Origin: Eledone cirrhosa
Taxonomy: Eukaryota
Reading direction: 5' to 3'
Assembly (NCBI GenBank): GCA_964016885.1
Contig: OZ024744.1
Location: forward strand, 115,444,001 to 115,508,000
Length of the DNA stretch: 64,000 nucleotides
The notes below the pieces were generated by a model, which ran no database searches, had not been told where the DNA came from, and saw only the letters and a program-made list of their open reading frames with translations. The first letter of the stretch is position 1. Every line of letters begins with the position of its first letter. A program made the position numbers and the translations under genes. Shown here one piece after another: positions 41,238 to 50,939 of the stretch.

Positions 41238-41257
41238 AACTAAATAGTAACTAAATG

Positions 41258-41540
41258 TCATCATCATCATCACCGTTTTACGTCCGTTCTTCCACGCTAG
41301 CATGGGTTAGACGGATTGTCCTGTTGTGGGCAGTGTCTGGTCAGCTGACCATGCCTTGCTCATACAGGAACTGATCCTGGCTTGATTTCTACAGCTGGAT
41401 GCCCTTCCTAACACCAACCTCATTTACAGTGAGTGCTAGGTGCTTTTTTGTGGCGCCTACACGTCCACTTTACAGTGTGGGCTGGGTGCTTTTTTGCCGT
41501 GGCACCTCCACGACCACCTTGCGGTGGGGGGTGTGGGGGC
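41258..41540 (-). mobile_element. SINE-like element with RTE-type 3' tail
   Basis: (CAT)n-CCGTTTTACGTCCGTTCTTCCACGCTAGCATGGGTTAGACGG...ACAGCTGGATGCCCTTCCTAACACCAA; second copy at 47032-47215. Confidence 0.7.
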
Positions 41541-41639
41541 AAATGTAGGGTAACTAAATAGTAACTAAATGTAGGGTAACTAAATAGTAACTAAATATAA
41601 AATTATATTGGAAGATTTTAATTTACATTTAAAATGGGA

Positions 41640-41898
41640 GGTTTTATTTGATAGAACCAGAGCTGGTTTTGGCCGGGTTGGTAACTAAAGGGTTAAATAG
41701 GGACTCTTTATAATGGGTGGTTTTATTTGATAGAACCAGAGCTGGTTTTGGCCGGGTTGGTAACTAAAGGGTTAAATAGGGACTGTTTATAATGGGTGGT
41801 TTTATTTGATAGAACCAGAGCTGGTGTTGGCTGGGTTGGTAACTAAAGGGTTAAATAGGGACTCTTTATAATGGCCGGGTTGGTAACTAAAGGGTTAA
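41640..41898. repeat. 79-bp tandem repeat (~3.3 copies) of a TTAA-type MITE right end
   Basis: GTTTTATTTG at 41641, 41720 and 41799; each unit contains ATAGAACCAGAGCTGGTTTTGGCCGGGTTGGTAACTAAAGGGTTAA. Confidence 0.9.
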
Positions 41899-41944
41899 TA
41901 AGTTAACATAAAAAAATGAAAGAAAATAAGAATAAAGAACTTAC

Positions 41945-42060
41945 GCTTGTTGTGCATGGAAACTGTGAGCCATTTGTGGTGTATATGGTGGAGGTGGAGG
42001 AATGTTGCCTGTATTCATCATGTTGGCTGGTATAGCCATTGGGGTGGCTATATAGGTTCC
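41945..42060 (-). CDS. SYNRG: Synergin-gamma-like coding exon E2 (116 nt, phase 0-2)
   Basis: Acceptor aattctttAG|GGA, donor GC|GTAAG. Reads GTYIATPMAIPANMMNTGNIPPPPPYTPQMAHSFHAQQ(A); not in the ORF track; PPYTPQM resembles human PPGPQYTPDM (recalled). Confidence 0.85.
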
Positions 42061-42607
42061 CTAAAGAATTTTTACAAAACAAAATGGTGTCAGGGACATA
42101 TTTACTAAAACAAAGACAACAGCATAAAGAAACCTACACATCACATGTAGCAATATCTCTGGTATTAATGTTACATGTAAATATATCACATATAGTGACA
42201 TACTTATTAGTATTACGACATGCGTTATATTTCTGGTAATATCTCTGATAACATCACCACATGTGTGATATCTGATAATATTGCCACGTGTGTTATATCT
42301 GGTAACATCACCACATGTGTGATATCTCTGGTAACATCATGACACAGGTATAATTACACAGGTATGGTCAGGTAAGGCTTTTGCCTGCTAGTAGTACCAT
42401 GTAACCCAGTACAACCAGCTTTGTGGTATAGTGGTCGGTGACTAAACCAGCTCCCCGACCAGACCTTGATAAAAAGGTAGATGAACTCCTCAGAGTCAAC
42501 AGTCATCCACCCCAACTATGGGTTAAATAGCCTCACAGTCCCACAATTGGCCAAGTGTGGTGAGTACAGCTACACCCCTGGCATGACCAAAACCAAACAG
42601 AAAGAGG

Positions 42608-43280
42608 TGGAGGTCAACCAGGGAGGGGTTCCTCCAACAGGAGTGACAAGGTCCTGGATTAGATGGAGGTCAACCAGGGAGGGGTTCCTCCAACAGGAGG
42701 GACAAGGTCCTGGATTAGATGGAGGTCAACCAGGGAGGGGTTCCTCCAACAGGAGTGACAAGGTCCTGGATTAGATGGAGGTCAACCAGGGAGGGGTTCC
42801 TCCAACAGGAGTGACAAGGTCTTGGATTAGATGGAGGTCAACCAGGGAGGGGTTCCTCCAACAGTAGTCACAAGGTCTTAGATTAGATGGAGGTCAACCA
42901 GGGAGGGGTTCCTCCAACAGGAGGGACAAGGTCTTAGATTAGATGGAGGTCAACCAGGCAGGGATTCCTCCAACAGGAGTGACAAGGTCTTGGATTAGAT
43001 GGAGGCCAACCAGGGAGGGGTTCCTCCAACAGTAGTCACAAGGTCTTAGATTAGATGGAGGTCAACCAGGCAGGGGTTCCTCCAACAGGAGTCACAAGGT
43101 CTTGGATTAGATGGAGGTCAACCAGGCAGGGTTCCTCCAACAGGAGTCACAAGGTCCTGGATTAGATGGAGGTCAACCAGGGAGGGGTTCATCCAACAGG
43201 AGTGACAAGGTCCTGGATTAGATGGAGGTCAACCAGCGAGGGGTTCCTCCAACACGAGTGACAAGGGTCTAGATTGGATG
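42608..43280. repeat. 56-bp minisatellite (~12 copies)
   Basis: Unit TGGAGGTCAACCAGGGAGGGGTTCCTCCAACAGGAGTGACAAGGTCCTGGATTAGA at 42608, 42664, 42720, 42776 and onward. Confidence 0.95.
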
Positions 43281-43634
43281 GAATGGAATTAGACAAGTAT
43301 AATTACATGAATATATGATAATATATTTGGCTGAGTGACACAGTTGTAGATATATCTTAACAACAACAAATATTTAAACAAGAAATAACATGATATTACA
43401 AATATTTCTATCACCATTTTACCTTTTAAAATAAGTGGAGGACAAACATTTCTATATGTATAAAATATTTGATAAAAATATTTAATAAATATGGCATCTT
43501 TAAAAAGGGCAAAGAGGGGAGTAAAATGAATGGAAACAAAATTTGGAAGTAAAAATAAAGAAAAAGGATAAGAAAGGGATGATGGATTATACTTATAAAA
43601 GGATACATCAGGGGTAGAGGGAAGCAATAATAAT

Positions 43635-44262
43635 GATTTCTTAGGCACAACAAGCACACCAATTTAGGGGGAAAAGATGATTAAATTGACCCCAGTACTT
43701 AACTGGTACATTATTTTATAGTCTCCCCCACCAGAAGGATGAAAAATGAAGTTGGGCTTGGTGAGATTTGAACTAAAAAGGGAAAAAAGCTGGAAAAAGT
43801 GCTCCAAGGTATTTATTCAAATGTTCAAAACAATCCTGCCAATTCTCTACACTAATTTCTTATAAGGCCCAAAATAATCAATATAAACCCCAGAACTTAA
43901 CTGCTACTTTATTTTATCAATCTTCAAACGAAGAAAGGTCAAGTTGACTTTGGAAGGATTTGAACTCAGAACATAAAGTGTCATAACTATATATTGCAAG
44001 ACATCTCGTCTAAGGCTCTGATTATTCCGGCATTAAAAAAATAATACTGGTTTCTGATTTAGGCACAAGGCCAGCAATTTTGGGAAAGGGAAGTTGATTA
44101 AATTAACCCCAGTATGTTACTAGTATTTTATTCTATCGACCTCATAAGGATGAAAGGCAAAGTTAACCTCGGCGGAATTTGAACTCAGAACATAAAGGTC
44201 CATAACTATATGTCATAAAGTATTTCATCGAATGCTCAAATGATTCTGCCAATCCACAATAA
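43635..44262 (-). mobile_element. Cluster of three head-to-tail antisense SINE copies
   Basis: Three occurrences of CCCCAG...(G)GTAC/TTATTTTAT...GATGAAA...ATTTGAACT at ~43640-43850, ~43860-44030 and ~44055-44255. Confidence 0.78.
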
Positions 44263-44399
44263 TAATAATGTGTGATCCGTAAAGGCAGGATTTTTCACAA
44301 TTGCATCTTGATTTGTCTTGACACAGTTTTTCTGATTCCAACTGTTCTGACAAACCAGAAAATCAGTTACTCAGTTGTTCAAGGTTAAATTTGAGATTA

Positions 44400-45620
44400 C
44401 CCTTTTTGTTTTCATGGCAAAGAGAAATTTATTCTGACCTTTGCTCTAACTAATCTATGATCTGATATTTCGGGCATGCTGAGAGCTATGTTGTCCAGAA
44501 TAATTTGACAAATGGAAGACTTAAATATCAGAATGAAATCAATCTAATTTTTGGTTTTTCCATCAGATGTCCAAGTGTGACACTTTTTTCTTTTGAAACA
44601 TGGAGTGGGTCACAATGAATTTGTTTCTAGTACAGAATTTTGCAAAGAGTTCATCATAGACATCGTCAATCCCAAGAGTTTACCAATGGAAGATGGATAG
44701 TTTGTAAGAAGATTCCCTATTTTGTAATTAAAGTCTCCCATAATAAAAAGATGATCTCTAGCTGGCATGTTGTCTACAATAGACTGGAGTCAGTCTGAGA
44801 GTTCAATAACTTCTTCAATAGGATGATTGGTCTCAGTTCAATAACTTCTTCAATAGGATGATTGGTCTCAGTTCAATAACTTCTTTATTAGGATGATTGG
44901 TCTCAGTTCAATAACTTCTTTATTAGGATGATTGGTCTCAGTTCAATAACTTCTTTATTAGGATGATTGGTCTCAGTTCAATAACATCTTTATTAGGATG
45001 ATTGGTCTCAGTTCAATAACTTCTTTATTAGGATGATTGGTCTCAGTTCAATAACTTCTTTATTAGGATGATTGGTCTCAGTTCAATAACTTCTTTATTA
45101 GGATGATTGGTCTCAGTTCAATAACTTCTTTATTAGGATGATTGGTCTCAGTTCAATAACTTCTTTATTAGGATGATTGGTCTCAGTTCAATAACTTCTT
45201 TATTAGGATGATTGGTCTCAGTTCAATAACTTCTTTATTATGATGATTGGTCTCAGTTCAATAACTTCTTTATTAGGATGATTGGTCTCAGTTCAATAAC
45301 TTCTTTATTAGGATGATTGGTCTCAGTTCAATAACTTCTTTATTAGGATGATTGGTCTCAGTTCAATAACTTCTTCAACAGAATGATTGTTCTGAAAGTT
45401 CAATAACTTCTTTAATAGAATGATTGGTCTGAGCATTCAATAACTTCTTTAATAGAATGTTTGGTCTGAGAGTTCTATAACTTCTTTAATAGAATGTTTG
45501 AAGAGAGTGACAATACTGGCAATATAGATACACACGTAAAATATCACTCGTTTGTTGCCTCGTTTAACATACACTCCCCGTACAGGAATTAATTTCTATG
45601 ATTGTGTATGTTAAAAGTTT
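44400..45620 (-). mobile_element. Decayed RTE-type LINE AP-endonuclease fragment interrupted by a 35-bp array
   Basis: Minus strand reads LQSIVDNMPARDHLFIMGDFNYKIG (~44715-44790), FCTRNKFIVTHSMFQKK, HTWTSDGKTKN*IDFILI (~44525-44585) and ISDHRLVRAKVRI (~44430-44468): GDFN, IDFIL and SDH motifs of LINE endonucleases. Confidence 0.8.
44801..45500. repeat. 35-bp minisatellite (~20 copies)
   Basis: Unit GTTCAATAACTTCTTTATTAGGATGATTGGTCTCA; 44941 to 45361 is 12 x 35 bp; degenerate at the right end. Confidence 0.96.
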
Positions 45621-45911
45621 TTATGAGACATTTGTTTATTTATAATTTATACATTTCATTGAGAGGTCATATACAGGGGTTCAGATTATTGTCTAGCAGA
45701 GATAACTTTCCTGTGGTGTTAGGATATGTCTATGAGAAACTCAACCTTCAGCCTCCAAGACCCATGGTAGATTTTTGAGACTTATTTTAGGAAGTAAGTA
45801 ACATCTTCACCGCTGGGAAATATGGTATATATAAATATATAAATATATATAAAATTAGAATTTTATTTCTCGCCCTAGCACAGCTGATACATAAATGTAA
45901 GTATGCATGCG

Positions 45912-45980
45912 TACACATATATATATATACATCATCATCATCATCATCATGATAATAATCATCATCATCATCATCACCAT
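45912..45980. repeat. (AT)n/(ATC)n microsatellite, tail of the adjacent RTE fragment
   Basis: atatatatatatac atcatcatcatc... seen directly. Confidence 0.9.
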
Positions 45981-46170
45981 TGTTTTTACATTTTTCCACG
46001 CTTGCAAGGGTTGGACAGATCCTTAAAAGACTCTCTCCACTCATTGTGTTACTTCGTCATCTCCTCTGTGAGTCTCAGCAGTTTGAGGTTAGCTTGAATC
46101 ACCTCTGCCCAAGTCTTTCTTGGTCTTCCTCTACTGCAGCTTCCTTCCACTGGGATTACTTGGCACTTCA
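45930..46170 (-). mobile_element. RTE LINE 3' terminal fragment
   Basis: Minus strand reads KCQVIPVEGSCSRGRPRKTWAEVIQANLKLLRLTEEMTK*HNEWRES, followed by a (GAT)n tail. Confidence 0.82.
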
Positions 46171-46738
46171 TATGGACTTGTAAAGTAGTTCCAATTTTGT
46201 GAGAAGATATGTTGTATTCCTACACCAGAGGTATTAGACACATACACATGGACTTGTAAAGTAATTCCAATCACTACATTTTTGTTGTTGTTTTATTGTT
46301 GTCCGTTTTTTTATTAATGTTATCCCACGGTAGGTTTATTTTATTCTATTAAATTTCTAGCATTTCCAAATGTTAGAAAATTGGGTGAATATGGATAAAA
46401 AATGGCAAGAAATATTAATTGAATGTAAAAAAAATAAACAAAAACAAATTAAAAATAAACATAGTGAAAAGAGGAATAAAATGGTAAAAGGAAGAAAAGA
46501 ATATAAAAAGTGAGATATGAAATACCTCTTCAGTATCACTAGAATTACAAGTCTCATCACATTGCTGTCCCATGGAGAATGGAGAAAGGAACTTTATTTT
46601 AAACAAATATAGATCTATTTACAGAAGATTATGGAGAAGAGCCCTTCAAATGTTGTTTCAAACAAAAAACAAATATAAACACAACATCGAATTTTGACCA
46701 CTTTTGTTACACATGTCAGATTATCTATTTTCACTGAC

Positions 46739-46966
46739 TTAACCCTTTAGCATTTAAACTGGCCATATCCGGCCAGAATTCTCTCACCTCTTTCTGTTCA
46801 AACTGGCTGTAACTGGCCACTCATACAGATGTTAAGTTATTGTTCTCAAAATAAATAATATCAAAATCTCAAAGATTCAATGTTATGTGAGATATTACGT
46901 GAGGTAAAGCCTTTACCACAAAAATACAATAGTATATATAGAGTAATGTAAATGCTAAAGGGTTAA
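46739..46966. mobile_element. TTAA-flanked (piggyBac-type) MITE
   Basis: TTAA-CCCTTTAGCATTTA ... TAAATGCTAAAGGG-TTAA: perfect 14-bp TIRs with TTAA on both sides. Confidence 0.85.
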
Positions 46967-47031
46967 TAATATTTCACTGACTTAATAATATATTATGAAG
47001 AACAAAAAATCACTTTCTAAGCCCTGTATAT

Positions 47032-47215
47032 GATATCATCATTTCCATTTAGCGTCAATTCTTCCATGCTTGCATGGGTTAGACAGGTCGTCCATGCCGA
47101 GAGGCAAGTATGGCCAGGGTTGGTCATGTCATACCTTGCTCCAACAAACTATAAATTTGGCCAGGTATTTCACAGCTGGATGCCCTTCCTAACACCAAGT
47201 ACATTTACTGTGTAG
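47032..47215 (-). mobile_element. SINE-like element with RTE-type tail (same family as 41258-41540)
   Basis: TTCCATGCTTGCATGGGTTAGACAGG...CAGCTGGATGCCCTTCCTAACACCAA. Confidence 0.7.
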
Positions 47216-47544
47216 GACTGGATGGCTCCATTATGAGGTGGGACAGGTGACATGGCCATGCCAAACCCTTCTCACAGTGGAACCACAATTTTGGAGCCCG
47301 GTACAGGATGGCACCAATACGAGGATATGAATATGTTAATTTATAAAAATTACATCTAATACCTTCTCATGGTATCTTCCTATTGTGAATTAACTACTTT
47401 CGTGGTCTCACAGAAAATATAGCTGTCCAGGCATGATCATGTTTAGATTAAAGAGGTATATACATTATACCTATATATATATCAGAATTATTCCATTCTA
47501 GTATGAAGTGAACAGATTATGCAGTGGAATCCATTTTACTGTTT

Positions 47545-49285
47545 TCAGTTGTGAAGGGTCGTTGGAGTAATCTTACTTGCTAGAGTGTGAAGCTCAGAGA
47601 TCAGAGACTCACTCCAGGTAGAGCCGCTCCTTCTCTGGGTTGACAGATCGAAGCTCTGATACTACCAACATGTGGTTAGAATGTCTCAGGAAAGAATCTC
47701 TGAATTGAGAGATCACAGCTCTGATACTATGACATGTGGTTAGAATGTCTCAGGAAAGAATCTCTGAATTGAGAGATCACAGCTCTGATACTACAGATAT
47801 GTGGTTAGAATGTCTCAGGAAAGAATCTCTGAATTGAGAGATCACAGATCTGATACTATGACATGTGGTTAGAATGTCTCAGGAAAGAATCTCTAAATTG
47901 AGAGATCACAGCTCTGATACTATGACATGTGGTTAGAATGTCTCAGGAAAGAATCTCTAAATTGAGAGATCACAGATCTGATACTATGACATGTGGTTAG
48001 AATGTCTCAGGAAAGAATCTCTAAATTGAGAGATCACAGCTCTGATACTATGACATGTGGTTAGAATGTCTCAGGAAAGAATCTCTAAATTGAGAGATCA
48101 TAGCTCTGATATTATGACATGTGGTTAGAATGTCTCAGGAAAGAATCTCTGAATTGAGAGATCACAGCTCTGATACTACAGACATGTGGTTAGAATGTCT
48201 CAGGAAAGAATCTCTGAATTGAGAGATCACAGCTCTGATACTACAGACAAGTGGTTAGAATGTCTCAGGAAAGAATCTCTGAATTGAGAGATCACAGCTC
48301 TGATACTATGGACATGTGGTTAGAATGTCTCAGGAAAGAATCTCTGAATTGAGAGATCACAGCTCTGATACTATGACATGTGGTTAGAATGTCTCAGGAA
48401 AGAATCTCTGTATTGAGAGATCACAGCTCTGATACTATGACATGTGGTTAGAATATCTCAGGAAAGAATCTCTGTATTGAGAGATCACAGCTCGGATACT
48501 ATGACATGTGGTTAGAATGTCTCAGGAAAGAATCTCTAAATTGAGAGATCATAGCTCTGATATTATGACATGTGGTTAGAATGTCTCAGGAAAGAATCTC
48601 TGAATTGAGAGATCACAGCTCTGATACTACAGACAAGTGGTTAGAATGTCTCAGGAAAGAATCTCTGAATTGAGAGATCACAGCTCTGATACTATGACAT
48701 ATGGTTAGAATGTCTCAGGAAAGAATCTCTGTATTGAGAGATCACAGCTCTGATACTATGACATGTGGTTAGAATATCTCAGGAAAGAATCTCTGTATTG
48801 AGAGATCACAGCTCTGATACTATGACATGTGGTTAGAATATCTCAGGGAAGAATTTCTGTATTGAGAGATCACAGATCTGATAATATGACAAGTGGTTAG
48901 AATATCTCAGGAAAGAATCTCTGTATTGAGAGATCACAGCTCTGATACTACAGACATGTGGTTAGAATATCTCAGGAAAGAATCTCTGAATTTGAGAGAT
49001 ATGTGGTTAGAATGTCTGAGGAAAGAATCTCTGAATTGAGAGATCACAGCTGTGATACTATGGACATGTTGTTAGAATGTCTCAGGAAAGAATCGCTGGA
49101 CAGATTTTACAAGCAAAACTAACTGGCAGGAGACCGAAGGGTAGATCCCGAGCAAGACGGTTGGATAACATTCATGAGAGTGGCTGGTCCTGCTTGGGAA
49201 TCCAGCCGAATCAGTTTGAGATGGCTGCCTCCAACAGGACCTGCTGGAAAGCATGTCTTGGGACTCTGCTTTGAGATCCCTCCCA
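47545..49285 (+). mobile_element. Degenerate RTE LINE 3' fragment with an internal tandem array
   Basis: Reads RVVGVILLARV*SSEIRDSLQVEPLLLWVDRSKL*YY, then the array, then MSQERIAGQILQAKLTGRRPKGRSRARRLDNIHESGWSCLGIQP. Confidence 0.87.
47650..49090 (+). repeat. 64/65-bp tandem array (~22 copies)
   Basis: Unit TGAATTGAGAGATCACAGCTCTGATACTATG(G)ACATGTGGTTAGAATGTCTCAGGAAAGAATCTC. Confidence 0.96.
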
Positions 49286-50523
49286 AGCAGCAGCAGTGTA
49301 GTTACAAAATTTATTCAAACTATTTCGTGATGAATCTACAAAGTAGGCTCCCTGCAGCTACTAAAACTAAATAGCACTCATATTTCACTTAAATTACACC
49401 CTACTGTCTTTCAAACCATGGAAGATATTTTAGATATTAGAATACTTTGACCATATGTATCTCTGCTTGACCAGGGCTGACCTGGCCTAAACCTTATTAG
49501 GTTAACCTTACCTTTAGTTCACAGTAGCATTCCAGTGCAAGAATTTCAACAAGTTTACCCTTACAGTGACAATGAGAGTCATTCGAACAATGAAACTTGT
49601 GAAAGTGGTGAGGAAAGTAGTGAATCAGGTGAATAAATAGTGTAGCCCTGACACAGCTGATACTGACAAGTGTGGTGGAGATTATAGATGAAGGGTGGTT
49701 AGACACATTTACTGTGCCTTGTGTTGGTTCTGTCCATTAGTTTGTCTGTAATCATTACTCTTGAGCTGTCTATGTAACTATTTATTTTTTTACCCAGGAG
49801 CCCAGGTGGAGGGTAGAGTTGGACACAGAAGCCCAGGTCTGAGAGGGTTAAAACTAGCACTCCAAGGAAACTCCTATGAATTGATGCCCTAGTTCTCATA
49901 GCTGAATCTGTGGGAGAGTTAGGAATTTCAAGAATGGAAGAAGAACCTAGAGCTGAAAGGCCTAAAAACAAACTTAAAAACTAACCTCATCACCACTGCA
50001 CCTTGCACCCATACTTCCTTTCAATACCACCCATTAGCTACTCCTCTTCTAACATCCTAGTAGCTACTCACTCTACCTCCTGTGCACTTCCTCCAGTACC
50101 ACCCTATCACAATCTCTCCATCACTACCCCATACACATGCACTATCAACCACACCACTATAACCCCTCTCCCAATACACTATTAACCACCACTTCACAGG
50201 TAGCTGACCCAGTCCTCTAGGCCCATCTGACCAAAGCAGATTTTCATTAGCATCTTCTTGTTCTGAGGTAGCAGTGAAGTGTGTAAAGTACATAAAAGTG
50301 AATTTCCTATCTTGACATGTAACTAAATACAGTTGATTTGAAACTATGAATTATGAGATGATAGAAAATATTGTTTGTTCAACCATAATTAAGTTTGCTG
50401 CAGTGTTTTTAGTCTCTTAGTTAAGGGAAGGAATAATTTAAGCTGTAATAGAAAACTATTTTAATACAATCCAGATAATAAATAAGTAAAAGTAAAGAAC
50501 TGGCTTATTTTCAGAATAATTAC

Positions 50524-50672
50524 CTGAACGGGATATATACCCTGGGCTATCATAGGATTTCCAGCCAGCATTCCAGGAGATACCATTCCATAGTGGGCAC
50601 TATTGGCAGGAACTGAGTAAAACTGGGCAGCTGAAGGTGATGCTGTTTGAGGACTCTGCAGTGGATTAAACC
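50524..50672 (-). CDS. SYNRG: Synergin-gamma-like coding exon E1, first seen in this window (149 nt, phase 1-0)
   Basis: Acceptor aattttAG|GG, donor CAG|GTAAT. Reads FNPLQSPQTASPSAAQFYSVPANSAHYGMVSPGMLAGNPMIAQGIYPVQ; P/M/G/Q-rich like the synergin N-terminus; phase 0 fits E2. Confidence 0.8.
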
Positions 50673-50939
50673 CTAAAATTACAATGAAATTGTCCCAGTG
50701 TCAGCAGTAATGATACACAGATATGGAAACAATATAAAGGATATCACATAAGACAGCATTGTCAGTAATAGAAGTGTAGAAATGATGAGAAACAAGAAAC
50801 ATGAGATGACATTTGTATTCCAGAAATACAAAGGGCAAACATTAGAGACATCATAGATATAAGAAGAAGAATGGTGGTTCTCCAATGATTTAAGTTAACA
50901 GTGAATAGAGGAGGGGATGACAAAGTGTATTCAGGCATT

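Noticed and set aside
43289-43662. 122-aa and 78-aa hydrophobic ORFs
   Set aside because: AT-rich low-complexity intron sequence; F/L/I/Y bias, no fitting splice phases or homology.
44801-45500. CRISPR-like array (35-bp repeats)
   Set aside because: Units are directly adjacent with no spacers, no cas genes, eukaryotic context.
45787-46183. Poly-His and poly-Asp ORFs
   Set aside because: Translations of the (ATC)n tail of an RTE fragment.
49794-49961. Possible 168-nt exon (tttttAG|GC...CTGG|GTAAAA), open in phase 1
   Set aside because: Upstream exon E1 ends in phase 0, giving an immediate stop (GCC TTT CAG CTC TAG); peptide not recognisable. Cannot be excluded as a cryptic or poison exon.
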